64,000 nt of DNA, from the NCBI GenBank assembly GCA_964487475.1, contig CAZAPM010000007.1:41699-105698 (forward strand), given 5' to 3'. The notes under the pieces are model-generated. The model saw nothing but the letters and a program-made list of their open reading frames with translations. It had not been told where the DNA came from and made no database searches. This DNA comes from an uncultured Planctomycetales bacterium (lineage in GTDB: Bacteria; Omnitrophota; Gorgyraeia; Gygaellales; Profunditerraquicolaceae). Positions 27,173 to 37,293 of this stretch are shown here, piece after piece. A program made the translations under genes and the position numbers. Every line of letters begins with the position of its first letter. Within the stretch, counting starts at the first letter, position 1.

Positions 27173-28236
27173 GCTACCGGGGTCTTATCGAGCAGTACCG
27201 TGCGTACCTCCCGGTAAGCGCGGCGACGCCCGTGGTCAGCCTTCTGGAAGGCAATACTCCGCTCCTTCCCGCCGCCCGTCTTTCCGCGCAACTTGGCCCG
27301 GGATTCGAGGTCTACCTTAAGTACGAGGGAGCCAATCCTACCGGGTCCTTCAAGGACCGCGGCATGACCATGGCCATTTCCAAAGCCTGCGAGGACGGCG
27401 CGAAAGCGGTCATGTGCGCCTCTACGGGCAACACTTCGGCTTCGGCCGCCGCGTACTGCGCCAAAGCGGGGATCAAGTGCATCGTACTTATCCCGCAGGG
27501 GCATATCGCGCTGGGCAAGCTCAGCCAGGCGCTGGTGCACGGGGCGGTGGTGCTGCAGGTCGAGGGGAATTTCGACGAGGCGCTGGAGCTGGTGCGGGAG
27601 ATCACCCGCGAGCAGCCGATCACGCTGGTCAATTCCCTTAACCCGTTCCGCATCGAAGGTCAGAAGACCGGGAGTTTCGAGGTCTGCGACGTGCTGGGCG
27701 ACGCCCCGGATTTCCATGTGATACCCGTCGGCAACGCCGGGAATATCACCGCCTACTGGAAAGGGTATAAGGAGTACCGGGATAAGGGCAAGAGTGCGCG
27801 TCTGCCGCGCATGCTGGGATTCCAGGCTGCCGGCTCCGCGCCGATCGTCCTGGGGCATCCCGTCAAAGAACCGGAGACCATCGCCACCGCCATCCGTATC
27901 GGCAATCCCGCAAGCTGGAAGAGCGCGGAAGCGGCCAGGGATGAGTCGGGGGGAGTGATCGACATGGTCACCGACGAGGAGATCCTGCAGGCCTATGCGT
28001 TCCTGGCGGAGAAGGAAGGTGTCTTCGCCGAGCCCGCATCCTGCGCTTCGGTGGCCGGGCTGATGAAGCTCGCCCGCAGCGGGTATTTCGCGGGGGAAAA
28101 GGGCGCGCGTCTGCGTATCGTCTGCGTGCTTACCGGGCACGGGTTGAAAGACCCGGACCGCGCGATCAAGACGGTCAAGGCCCCGCGCACGGTCAAGCCT
28201 TCGAAGCAGGCGATCCTCAAGGAGATCGGGTATTAA
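27169..28236 (+). CDS. thrC: Threonine synthase
   Basis: Nearly collinear with Bacillus ThrC as I recall it (LEGNTPL..., [14 protein letters not shown]-lysine motif, [15 protein letters not shown]). Confidence 0.95.
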   Translation: MSYRGLIEQYRAYLPVSAATPVVSLLEGNTPLLPAARLSAQLGPGFEVYLKYEGANPTGSFKDRGMTMAISKACEDGAKAVMCASTGNTSASAAAYCAKAGIKCIVLIPQGHIALGKLSQALVHGAVVLQVEGNFDEALELVREITREQPITLVNSLNPFRIEGQKTGSFEVCDVLGDAPDFHVIPVGNAGNITAYWKGYKEYRDKGKSARLPRMLGFQAAGSAPIVLGHPVKEPETIATAIRIGNPASWKSAEAARDESGGVIDMVTDEEILQAYAFLAEKEGVFAEPASCASVAGLMKLARSGYFAGEKGARLRIVCVLTGHGLKDPDRAIKTVKAPRTVKPSKQAILKEIGY

Positions 28237-28243
28237 GCGCGCG

Positions 28244-28855
28244 ATGAAGAACGTACGGGTGTTGATCACCGCCGGGCCGACCTGGGTGGCGCTGGATGCG
28301 GTGCGCGTCATCAGCAATACGGCTACGGGAGATACCGGCATCGCGCTGGCCAATGCGCTGGCCGCGGCGGGCGCGGAGGTGACGCTGCTGTTGGGGCCGT
28401 CAGAAAATGGGGGCACGGCGGCCGGGGTCAGGGTGATCCGGTTCCGCTTCTTTGACGAACTGCGCGCGGCCCTGGACAAGGTACTGGCAGCGAAGCGTTT
28501 CGAATATATCGTGCACGCGGCGGCGGTCTCGGATTTTGCGCCGGCCAAGGCGCATCAAGGCAAGATTCGTTCGGGAAAAGGGATCGTGCTGGCGCTTAAG
28601 CCTCTGCCGAAACTGCTCGCGGGCCTGGTGGGCCGCGGGGCGACGGTGGTGATGTTCAAGTTCGAGCCCGGCATGCGGGGACGCGCGCTGATGGCGAAAG
28701 GCGAGCGCGCCCGCAGGGACAGCGGCAGCGATTACGTGGTCGCTAACACCTGCGGTCCATACGAAGCGTATCTTATGGGCGGCGGGGGCGTGCGCGCGGC
28801 GTGCGCCTCGAAGCGCGCGCTGATCGGCGCATTGAAAAAACTGATCCTGGGATAA
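28244..28855 (+). CDS. Stand-alone CoaB-like (DFP-domain) protein, putative phosphopantothenate-cysteine ligase
   Basis: ITAGPTWVALDAVRVISNTATGDTGIALANALAAAGAEVTLLLGP matches the CoaB Rossmann/consensus. No CoaC flavoprotein domain. Confidence 0.65.
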   Translation: MKNVRVLITAGPTWVALDAVRVISNTATGDTGIALANALAAAGAEVTLLLGPSENGGTAAGVRVIRFRFFDELRAALDKVLAAKRFEYIVHAAAVSDFAPAKAHQGKIRSGKGIVLALKPLPKLLAGLVGRGATVVMFKFEPGMRGRALMAKGERARRDSGSDYVVANTCGPYEAYLMGGGGVRAACASKRALIGALKKLILG

Positions 28856-28859
28856 GACT

Positions 28860-30068
28860 ATGAAATACATGGTGGTGGTGGCTGACGGTATGGCGGATTA
28901 CCCGGTCGAAGAGCTGGGGGGTCGTACTCCCCTGGAAGCGGCCAGGACTCCGTACATGGACCGCATCGCCAGGGAGGGCGCGGTCGGCAGGGTCAGGACC
29001 ATCCCTCCGAAATTGAGCCCCGCCTCGGACGTGGCCAATATCTGTATCTTAGGGTACGATCCCCGGGAGTATTATACCGGCAGAGGGCCTTTGGAAGCGG
29101 CGTATCTGGGAGTGGACCTCGCGGAGGGGGATATGGCGTTCCGCTGCAACCTGGTGACGGTGGCCAATGACACCATGGTGGATTACAGCGCCGGGCATAT
29201 CCGCACCGAAGAGGCGGCCAAGATCATCAGTTCCATCAACTCGGCGTTAGGCAACGACCGGGTCTCCTTTTATCCGGGGGTAAGCTACCGGCATCTGATG
29301 AAGGTCAAGGGCGGGGTGGAGTTAGGGCTCGCCGAAGTCAAGTGCACGCCTCCTCATGACATCACGGGCAAGCCGCTGGCCAAGCACCTGCCTAAGGGTA
29401 AAGCCGCGGATTTCCTGCTGCAGCTGATGGAAGGCTCCTTAAAGGTGCTCTCCGCGCACGAGATCAACCAGGTGCGCATCGACCTGGGGGAGAATCCGGC
29501 GAACATGATCTGGCTCTGGGGGCAGGGCGCCAAGCCGATGATGCCGACGTTCCAGGAGAAATTCGGGGTGAAAGGGAGCATGATCTCGGCCGTGGACCTG
29601 CTGCGCGGCCTGGGGAAGATCCTGGGCCTGGAAGTGGTGCACGTCGAGGGCGCGACCGGGTATTATGACACCAATTACGCCGGCAAGGCGGAAGCGGCGC
29701 TCAAGGCCCTGCAGAAACAGGATTTCGTATTCGTGCACATCGAGGCGCCGGATGAAGCCGGCCATAACGGCGACCTGCGCGAAAAGATCAACGCTATCGA
29801 ACGGATCGACCAGATGATCCTCGGGCCCGCGATGGAAGCGTTCAAGGGCCGGGATGATTTCAAACTGCTGGTGCTGCCTGACCACGCCACCCCGGTCTCC
29901 GTGCGCACGCACACTTCCGATCCGGTGTTCTTCGGGATATACGGAGCCGGGATCGCGCCTTCGGGCACCCCGGCGTTCAGCGAAAAGGAAGCGGCCCATT
30001 CCGCGCTCAGCTTCGAGAAGGGCCATGAACTGATGGGATATTTCATTACCGGCGCTTCGCCGTCGTAA
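28860..30068 (+). CDS. Cofactor-independent phosphoglycerate mutase family protein (archaeal ApgM type); proposed non-orthologous homoserine kinase
   Basis: About 400-aa alkaline-phosphatase-superfamily ApgM architecture. It sits between thrC and lysC with no thrB present, which is the genomic context described for the proposed homoserine kinase clade of this family. Confidence 0.75.
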   Translation: MKYMVVVADGMADYPVEELGGRTPLEAARTPYMDRIAREGAVGRVRTIPPKLSPASDVANICILGYDPREYYTGRGPLEAAYLGVDLAEGDMAFRCNLVTVANDTMVDYSAGHIRTEEAAKIISSINSALGNDRVSFYPGVSYRHLMKVKGGVELGLAEVKCTPPHDITGKPLAKHLPKGKAADFLLQLMEGSLKVLSAHEINQVRIDLGENPANMIWLWGQGAKPMMPTFQEKFGVKGSMISAVDLLRGLGKILGLEVVHVEGATGYYDTNYAGKAEAALKALQKQDFVFVHIEAPDEAGHNGDLREKINAIERIDQMILGPAMEAFKGRDDFKLLVLPDHATPVSVRTHTSDPVFFGIYGAGIAPSGTPAFSEKEAAHSALSFEKGHELMGYFITGASPS

Positions 30069-30083
30069 GTACCTGGAGGATCT

Positions 30084-31307
30084 ATGAAAGGCAAGTTGAT
30101 CGTGCAAAAATTCGGCGGCTCCTCCGTTGTCAACGTGGAGCGTTTGCAAAACGTCGCCCGCAGGGTGACCGCGTACCGCAAGAAGGGATGCGACGTGGTG
30201 GTGGTGGTATCCGCCATGGGGGATACCACGGATGACCTGATCGAGAAGGCGGACCAGCTCAATCCCGAGCCTCCGGAGCGGGAGATGGACATGCTGCTTT
30301 CCACCGGGGAGCAGATCTCCGTGGCGCTGCTGGCCATGGCCGTGCACCGGCTGGGGTTCGAAGCCATCTCCTTTACCGGGCCGCAGGTGGGGATCATCAC
30401 CGACACTACCCACACTAAGGCGCGTATCGTCAAGATCGACGGGAAACGCATCCAGGATGAGCTTAAAAAAGGGCGGATCGTGATCGTGGCGGGTTTCCAG
30501 GGGATGACCCCGGATTTCCATATCACGACTTTGGGACGCGGAGGCTCCGACCTTTCGGCGGTGGCGCTGGCCTACGCCCTGAAGGCTGACGAATGCGAGA
30601 TATACACCGACGTGGAAGGGGTGTATACCACGGATCCCCGGATCGAGCCCAAGGCCCGCAAACTGGAAGCCATCACCTACGACGAGATGCTGGAGATGGC
30701 CTCTTTAGGCGCGCAGGTGATGCAGGCCCGTTCGATCGAAGTGGCGAAAAAATTCGACGTGCCGATCCATGTCCGTTCTTCGTTCTCCGACAAGCCCGGC
30801 ACGATGATCATCAAGGAGGTCAAGCACATGGAAGAGGTGGTGGTAAGCGGAATTACCCTTAACAGGAACGAAGCCAAGATCACGGTCTGCGACGTGCCGG
30901 ACAAGCCCGGCGTGGCCGCGACGATCTTCCAGGAGCTTTCCAAGGGCGGGGTGAGCGTGGATATGATCGTGCAGAACGTCAGCCATACCAGGAAGACGGA
31001 TATCTCCTTCACCATCCCGAAGACCGACGTGGCGAAGACCCTGAAGGTGCTCAAGAAGACGTGCGGAAGCATCGGCTGCGGGGACGTGATCTCCGACGAG
31101 AATATCGCGCGGGTGGCGATCGTGGGGGTCGGCATGAAGTCCCACCGCGGCGTCGCCGGAAAGATGTTCGATATCCTCGCCAAGCAGAAGATCAATATCG
31201 AGATGATCTCCACCTCCGATATCAGCATCTCCTGCGTCATCGAGAAGAAATTCGCCGAAGAGGCGGTGCGGTCGCTGCACAAAGAGTTCAACCTGGATAA
31301 AAAATGA
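30084..31307 (+). CDS. lysC: Aspartate kinase with tandem C-terminal ACT domains
   Basis: KFGGSSV...VVVVSAMGDTTD kinase N-lobe motifs. 407 aa. Confidence 0.9.
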   Translation: MKGKLIVQKFGGSSVVNVERLQNVARRVTAYRKKGCDVVVVVSAMGDTTDDLIEKADQLNPEPPEREMDMLLSTGEQISVALLAMAVHRLGFEAISFTGPQVGIITDTTHTKARIVKIDGKRIQDELKKGRIVIVAGFQGMTPDFHITTLGRGGSDLSAVALAYALKADECEIYTDVEGVYTTDPRIEPKARKLEAITYDEMLEMASLGAQVMQARSIEVAKKFDVPIHVRSSFSDKPGTMIIKEVKHMEEVVVSGITLNRNEAKITVCDVPDKPGVAATIFQELSKGGVSVDMIVQNVSHTRKTDISFTIPKTDVAKTLKVLKKTCGSIGCGDVISDENIARVAIVGVGMKSHRGVAGKMFDILAKQKINIEMISTSDISISCVIEKKFAEEAVRSLHKEFNLDKK

Positions 31308-32884
31308 GAGAAGTGACGCTTTACGACACTACGCTGCGGGACGGTTCCCAGGGGGAGGGCATCTCCTATTCGGTCACGGATAAGGTGCGTATCGCCCAGG
31401 AACTGGATTTCCTCGGAGTGCCGTACATCGAGGGCGGATGGCCGGGATCGAACCCCAAGGATATGGAGTTCTTCCTTAAGATGGCGGATCAGAAGCACGC
31501 GCCGTTGCTCACGCATTCCCGGCTGGTGGCGTTCAGCATGACCCGGCGCACCAATACCCAGGCCAAGGACGACGCCAGCTTAAAGGCGCTGCTTAAGTCC
31601 GGGGTGGGGATCGTCACCATCGTGGGCAAGACCTGGCAGCTGCACATCCGGGACGTGCTCAAGGTCTCCCCGGAAGAGAATCTGGCCATGATCCGCGAGA
31701 CCGTGGAGTTCCTGGTCAGTGCCGGCCTGACCGTCTTTTACGATGCGGAGCATTTTTTCGACGCCTTCCGCGACAGCCGCACCTATGCGTTGGACTGCCT
31801 GCTTACCGCGCAGCGTGCCGGCGCGCAGGTGGTGTGCCTGTGCGATACCAACGGAGGCAGCCTGCCTTCGGATATCTTCCGGATCACCAAGGAGGTCCGC
31901 GCGCGCGTGGACGCGGGATTGGGGATCCATTGCCATAACGACGCGGGAGTGGCGGTGGCCAATTCCCTCGCGGCGGTGGAAGCGGGCGCGACCATGGTGC
32001 AGGGCACGATCAACGGGTACGGGGAGCGCTGCGGCAACGCCGACCTGATCCCCGTGATCGGCAACCTCGAGCTGAAGATGGGGATGCGCTGCCTGCCCAA
32101 GGGCAAGCTTAAAGACCTCTCCAAGGTCTCGCATTTCGTAAGCGAGATCAGCAACATGAAACAGCGCAGCGACCAGCCCTATACCGGCTTGTCCGCCTTC
32201 GCCCACAAGGGGGGGATGCACATCAACGCGGTGATGAAGAATCCCGCGGCGTACGAGCATGCCGATCCGGCGGCGGTCGGCAATCACCGCCGTTTCCTGG
32301 TCTCCGAGCTGGGCGGCAAGACCAACATCATGATGCGCGCCAAGGGTATGGACCTGGAGCTCAAGAAGGACGACCCCCAGACGGACAAGATATTAAAGCT
32401 TATCCAGCAGCTGGAGCATGACGGCTATTACTTCGAGGCCGCCGAGGCCTCCTTCGAACTGCTGCTTAAGAAGCATCTGCGGCAGTATAAGAAGTTCTTC
32501 GACCTGGAAGGGTTCAAAGTGGTCATCGAGAAGCAGTCCGACCGCAAGATCACCTCCGAGGCCATCATCAAGCTGACCGTCAACGGTCAGAAGGAGCATA
32601 CCGCCGCCGAAGGCGACGGTCCGGTCAACGCCCTGGATAACGCCCTGCGCAAGGCGCTCAAGGAGTTCTATCCGCAGCTTTCCAAGATGCACCTTTCGGA
32701 TTTCAAGGTGCGCGTGCTGGAAGGCAAGGAAGGGACCGCCGCGAAGGTGCGCGTGCTCATCCAGTCGCAGGACCAGGACGATTCCTGGAGCACGATCGGC
32801 GTTTCCGAGAACATCATCGAAGCTTCATGGCAGGCGCTGGTGGACAGCGTGGAGTATAAGCTGCTCAAGGGGCAGACGAAGTAA
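31304..32884 (+). CDS. cimA: (R)-citramalate synthase (LeuA-related family, CimA type)
   Basis: LYDTTLRDGSQGEGISYSVTDKVRIAQELDFLGVPYIEGGWPGSNPKD is the signature start of the LeuA-related citramalate synthases. C-terminal LeuA-dimer domain. 526 aa. Confidence 0.8.
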   Translation: MREVTLYDTTLRDGSQGEGISYSVTDKVRIAQELDFLGVPYIEGGWPGSNPKDMEFFLKMADQKHAPLLTHSRLVAFSMTRRTNTQAKDDASLKALLKSGVGIVTIVGKTWQLHIRDVLKVSPEENLAMIRETVEFLVSAGLTVFYDAEHFFDAFRDSRTYALDCLLTAQRAGAQVVCLCDTNGGSLPSDIFRITKEVRARVDAGLGIHCHNDAGVAVANSLAAVEAGATMVQGTINGYGERCGNADLIPVIGNLELKMGMRCLPKGKLKDLSKVSHFVSEISNMKQRSDQPYTGLSAFAHKGGMHINAVMKNPAAYEHADPAAVGNHRRFLVSELGGKTNIMMRAKGMDLELKKDDPQTDKILKLIQQLEHDGYYFEAAEASFELLLKKHLRQYKKFFDLEGFKVVIEKQSDRKITSEAIIKLTVNGQKEHTAAEGDGPVNALDNALRKALKEFYPQLSKMHLSDFKVRVLEGKEGTAAKVRVLIQSQDQDDSWSTIGVSENIIEASWQALVDSVEYKLLKGQTK

Positions 32885-32889
32885 CCGCC

Positions 32890-35586
32890 ATGGAAGAACT
32901 CGCCAAGCAGTACGATCCCCGGACCACGGAAGACGCCTGGTTCGCCTTCTGGATGGAAAAGGGATTGTACGGCGCCTCTCCCGACCCTGCGAAGAAGCCC
33001 TTCACCATCATGATCCCTCCGCCCAATGTGACCGGTATCCTGCACATGGGCCATGCGTTGAACAATACCATCCAGGACATCCTGATCCGTCACCACCGCA
33101 TGCTCGGGGAAGAGGCATTATGGATGCCGGGCACGGACCATGCCGGGATCGCCACCCAGAACGTGGTGGAGAAGAAGCTGGCCAAGCAGGGGCTGCGCCG
33201 CCATGACCTGGGCAGAGAGAAGTTCGTGGAGGAGGTGTGGAAATGGAAAGAGGACCACGGCTCTACCATCATCCGCCAGCTTAAGAAACTGGGGGCCTCC
33301 TGCGACTGGCAGCGCGAGCGTTTTACCATGGACGAGGAGTATTCCACCGCGGTGCGGGAGGTCTTTGTCCGGCTTTTCGAGAAAGGCCTGATCTATCAGG
33401 GGACCCGCATCATCAATTGGTGCCCCCGCTGCCACACCGCGCTTTCCGACGAGGAGGCTGCGCATAAGGAGATGCAGGGGAACCTGTATTTCCTGCGCTA
33501 TCCCGTCAAGGGCGAGGACCAGGGATACCTGGTGGTCGCGACCACCCGCCCGGAGACCATGCTGGGAGATACCGCGGTCGCGGTCAACCCCAAGGACCGC
33601 AGGTATAAGAAATTCATCGGCAAGACGCTCCTTCTTCCCCTGACCGGCCGGGAGATCCGGGTGATCGCGGACGAGATGGTGGACGTGAAATTCGGCACCG
33701 GGTGCGTCAAGATCACCCCGGCGCACGATCCCAACGACTATCTGACCGGCAAGAAGCACGGCCTCGAGTTCATCAATGTCATGCATCCGGACGGCAGGAT
33801 GAACGAGTCGGCGGGCAGGTACGCCGGGCTGGACCGTTTCCGGGCCAGGGAGGCGGTGCTGGAGGACCTGAAAAACCTCGGGCTCCTGGATAAGGTCGAG
33901 CCGCATGCGCTTTCCGCGGGGCACTGCTACCGCTGCAACACCATCGTCGAGCCGTACCTTTCCAAACAGTGGTTCGTGCGGATGCAGCCGCTGGCAAAGC
34001 CCGCGATAGATGCGGTGCGCAAGGGCAGGGTGAAGTTCCATCCCTCCCGGTGGTCAAAAGTATACCTGAACTGGATGGAGAACATCCAGGACTGGTGCAT
34101 CTCCCGCCAGATATGGTGGGGGCACCGCATCCCGGTGTATTACTGCGACGCGTGCCTGGAGGCGGGGCGGGAAGGGGTGATCGTGGCGTCCCTCGCGCCG
34201 AAACAATGCCCGGCGTGCGGCAGCGGACAGCTGCGCCAGGATGAGGATGTGCTGGATACCTGGTTCTCCAGCTGGCTGTGGCCTTTCGCCACCTTCTACT
34301 GGCCTTTCCGTTCGGGCGATCCGGCGCGTAATGCCAGGGGCACTGCCGACCTGAACTATTTCTATCCCACTTCCGCTTTGGTGACCGCGCAGGAGATCAT
34401 ATTCTTCTGGGTGGCACGGATGATGATGGCGGGTTTCGAGTTCATGGGCCGGGAGCCTTTCCGCGACGTGTATATCCACGGCACGGTGCGCGACGCCGAG
34501 GGCAAGAAGATGTCGAAATCCCTGGGCAACGTCATCGATCCCCTGGAGATCGTCGAGGAGTACGGCGCGGACGCGCTGCGTTTCAGCCTCGTCGCCATCA
34601 CCGCCCAGGGGCAGGATGTCTATCTGGCAAGGGAGCGCTTCGAGCAGGGGCGCAATTTCGCCAACAAGATCTGGAACGCTTCCCGGTTCGTGCTTATGAA
34701 TTTCAACGACGCACCGGCAGTGGAGGATATGGCCGCCTTCGCCAAGGCGCATGACCTGGGCCTGACGGGTACATGGATCCTCAGCCGTTATCAGCATACG
34801 GTCAGGGAGGTCACCCGCGACCTGGCGGCGTTCAAGTTCAACGAAGCGGCCAACGCGCTTTACGCGTTCTTCTGGCATGAGTTCTGCGACTGGTACCTGG
34901 AGCTGATCAAGCAGGACATCGCCCGGCCGCAGGTGCAGGCGCTGCTGCGCTATATCCTGGAAGGTTTCCTGCGGCTGCTGCATCCGTTCATGCCTTTTAT
35001 CTCCGAGGAGATATGGCAGAAGCTTAAACAGCGCGGCGCGATCGGCCGGACGGCGGGGATAAGCATCATGACCGAACCGTGGCCCGTGTACATCGCGAAG
35101 CTGCATGACAAAAAAGCCGAAGAGGGCATGGCGCTGCTTCAGGCCGTGGCGCAGGAGATCCGCGTCATACGCCAGGACCTGGACATCCCGCACACCCAGG
35201 AGCTTTCCCTGACCGCTTCCGTCGCGGAGGATACCCTCCGGGAGCATTTCGCCGCGTGGGCAGGCATGATCAAGCCTTTATGCCGCGTTTCCTCCCTGGA
35301 GGTGAACGCGCATTTCGTGAAGCAGCCGGGGTGCGTTTCGGCGGTGGCCGGGCCGGTGCACCTGAGCATTTCCCTTCAGGGAGTGGTGGACGTGCAGAAG
35401 GAAAAAATCAAGCTCGCCCAGCGGATGAAGGAAACCGTGGGGGCTATCGCGGGCAAGGAAAAGATGCTTTCCAACGAACAATTCACGGCGCGGGCGCCGC
35501 AGGAGATCGTGCAGAAGGAAAAGGATAAGCTCCGGGAGCTCCAGGCGCTCCTGGCCAAACTAAAGGTGGTGCATGATGGACTCTAA
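32890..35586 (+). CDS. valS: Valine-tRNA ligase
   Basis: HMGHAL (HIGH) and KMSKSLGN motifs. 898 aa with a C-terminal coiled coil. Confidence 0.95.
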   Translation: MEELAKQYDPRTTEDAWFAFWMEKGLYGASPDPAKKPFTIMIPPPNVTGILHMGHALNNTIQDILIRHHRMLGEEALWMPGTDHAGIATQNVVEKKLAKQGLRRHDLGREKFVEEVWKWKEDHGSTIIRQLKKLGASCDWQRERFTMDEEYSTAVREVFVRLFEKGLIYQGTRIINWCPRCHTALSDEEAAHKEMQGNLYFLRYPVKGEDQGYLVVATTRPETMLGDTAVAVNPKDRRYKKFIGKTLLLPLTGREIRVIADEMVDVKFGTGCVKITPAHDPNDYLTGKKHGLEFINVMHPDGRMNESAGRYAGLDRFRAREAVLEDLKNLGLLDKVEPHALSAGHCYRCNTIVEPYLSKQWFVRMQPLAKPAIDAVRKGRVKFHPSRWSKVYLNWMENIQDWCISRQIWWGHRIPVYYCDACLEAGREGVIVASLAPKQCPACGSGQLRQDEDVLDTWFSSWLWPFATFYWPFRSGDPARNARGTADLNYFYPTSALVTAQEIIFFWVARMMMAGFEFMGREPFRDVYIHGTVRDAEGKKMSKSLGNVIDPLEIVEEYGADALRFSLVAITAQGQDVYLARERFEQGRNFANKIWNASRFVLMNFNDAPAVEDMAAFAKAHDLGLTGTWILSRYQHTVREVTRDLAAFKFNEAANALYAFFWHEFCDWYLELIKQDIARPQVQALLRYILEGFLRLLHPFMPFISEEIWQKLKQRGAIGRTAGISIMTEPWPVYIAKLHDKKAEEGMALLQAVAQEIRVIRQDLDIPHTQELSLTASVAEDTLREHFAAWAGMIKPLCRVSSLEVNAHFVKQPGCVSAVAGPVHLSISLQGVVDVQKEKIKLAQRMKETVGAIAGKEKMLSNEQFTARAPQEIVQKEKDKLRELQALLAKLKVVHDGL

Positions 35587-36460
35587 ACATGACCTCTTCA
35601 CGCATGCCAAGGTGGTCCTCGAACGCAGCCGCATCGATTCCGTGGTACGCCACGCGCTGGTGGAGGACGTAGGCCACGGGGATATCACCACGTATCTGAC
35701 CATTGCCGAGGATAAGATGATCGAGGCGGACTTGATCGCCAAAGAGGAGTGCATCGTCTGCGGCCTGGAAGTGGCGCAGCGTGCCTTCGAGCTGACCGAC
35801 CATACCCTTACCTTCGAGGCCTGCAGCCAGGAGGGACGGCACGCCAAGGCGGGCAAGGTGCTGGCAAAGGTGCGCGGCAAGGCGCGCAGTATCCTGACCG
35901 CCGAGCGCGTCGCGATCAATTTGCTCTCCATGATGAGCGGGATCGCGACCAAGACCAGGATGTTCGTGGATAAGGTGGAGCCGCACAAGGTCAAGGTCAC
36001 GGATACCCGCAAGACCCTTCCCGGTCTGCGGTACCTGCAGAAATACGCCGTGCGCACCGGAGGCGGGTACAACCATCGCATGAGCCTCGACGAGATGGTG
36101 CTGATCAAGGACAACCATTTGAAGGTCACGGAAGGGTATTCGAAATTCCCCAAGGTGCCCAAGGGCTTCAAGATCGAGGTGGAGTGCCAGAACTTAGACG
36201 AGTTCAAGCACGCCCTGCGTTTCAAGCCGGATATCATCATGCTGGATAATATGCGGCTGGAGGATATCCGGGAAGCGGTCGCCATCCGCAACGGCACGGC
36301 GTTCACCAGCCATCACCCCAGGACCCTGCTGGAGGTTTCCGGCGGAGTGAACCTGGATACGATCGCCGATATCGCCGCGACCGGCGTGGACGTGATCTCC
36401 ATCGGCGCGCTCACGCACTCCGTCGATTCCGTGGATATCAGCCTGGAGGTGGTTTCGTGA
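35573..36460 (+). CDS. nadC: Nicotinate-nucleotide pyrophosphorylase (quinolinate phosphoribosyltransferase)
   Basis: Full-length NadC-like (TRKTLPGLR..., DNHL...). 295 aa. Confidence 0.9.
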   Translation: MMDSKHDLFTHAKVVLERSRIDSVVRHALVEDVGHGDITTYLTIAEDKMIEADLIAKEECIVCGLEVAQRAFELTDHTLTFEACSQEGRHAKAGKVLAKVRGKARSILTAERVAINLLSMMSGIATKTRMFVDKVEPHKVKVTDTRKTLPGLRYLQKYAVRTGGGYNHRMSLDEMVLIKDNHLKVTEGYSKFPKVPKGFKIEVECQNLDEFKHALRFKPDIIMLDNMRLEDIREAVAIRNGTAFTSHHPRTLLEVSGGVNLDTIADIAATGVDVISIGALTHSVDSVDISLEVVS

Positions 36461-37293
36461 ACAGGCGGTTCCTGAGGTGGGCTTTGTGCGCGTGGGCGTT
36501 TGTCCTGCCGGTCTCCGGGGCCTGGGCGAAAGAAAGCCTCTTGCAGGTCGCTCCTGCCGCGGCAGAGATGCCCGTGGGAGAGTCGCTTACCTACCGGATC
36601 GAGTGGATCGGGATACCCGTCGGTACCATCCTGCTCAAGGTGGAGGGTATCGAGGAGGTGAGGGGGAGGCCGTGTTACCATTTGAGCGCCCGTTCCTTTC
36701 CCAACCGTTACCTGCGAAAACTCTACGATCTCGAGTATCAGGTGCACAGTTACGTGGATGTGGAGAAGCGGCATTCCCTGCGTTTCGTCAAGGTGCGCCG
36801 GATGAAGGATAAGTTCAACCAGGTGCAGATCGAGTTCGACCAGGCGGGCAGGAAGGCGGAATATTCCTCCTGGGGGGACGCCCAGTTCGTGAACTTCTCC
36901 AAGCGCACGGATAAGGACGCGTACGTGGAGCCGACCGATACGATCGAGCCGGATACCCAGGACCTGCTTTCCTCGTTCTTCTATTTCCGGTATCTGCCCC
37001 TGCAGCAGGGCACCCAGTACCCGGCGAGCGTCTATTACGAGCGGGCGAACTGGAAGATCTTCATGGAGACGGATAAGGCATTTGTGCGGGAATTCCGGGG
37101 GAAAGGCGAAGTGCCGGTGATCGGCATCGCGATCAGTTCCCCCCTCAATAATTTCATTTTCGGGAAGAAGAAATTCCTGTTGAACCTGACCACGGATTGC
37201 CGGCGCATACCCATCGAGTTCAAGGTGGGCTCCGCGCTGGGCTCCATCCGCGGGGTAATCGACGAGCTGCCGGTAACGACGCAGCGACCCTGA
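36457..37293 (+). CDS. Secreted DUF3108-like protein
   Basis: Signal peptide followed by YRIEWIGIPVGTILLKVEG..., typical of DUF3108. No catalytic motif. Confidence 0.6.
   Translation: MNRRFLRWALCAWAFVLPVSGAWAKESLLQVAPAAAEMPVGESLTYRIEWIGIPVGTILLKVEGIEEVRGRPCYHLSARSFPNRYLRKLYDLEYQVHSYVDVEKRHSLRFVKVRRMKDKFNQVQIEFDQAGRKAEYSSWGDAQFVNFSKRTDKDAYVEPTDTIEPDTQDLLSSFFYFRYLPLQQGTQYPASVYYERANWKIFMETDKAFVREFRGKGEVPVIGIAISSPLNNFIFGKKKFLLNLTTDCRRIPIEFKVGSALGSIRGVIDELPVTTQRP

Noticed and set aside
28244-28855. CoaB-like ORF as a spurious frame
   Set aside because: The Rossmann-type CoaB consensus (ITAGPT...ISN.S.G..G.ALA.....GA.VTL..GP) is well preserved. It is kept as a real gene with uncertain function.
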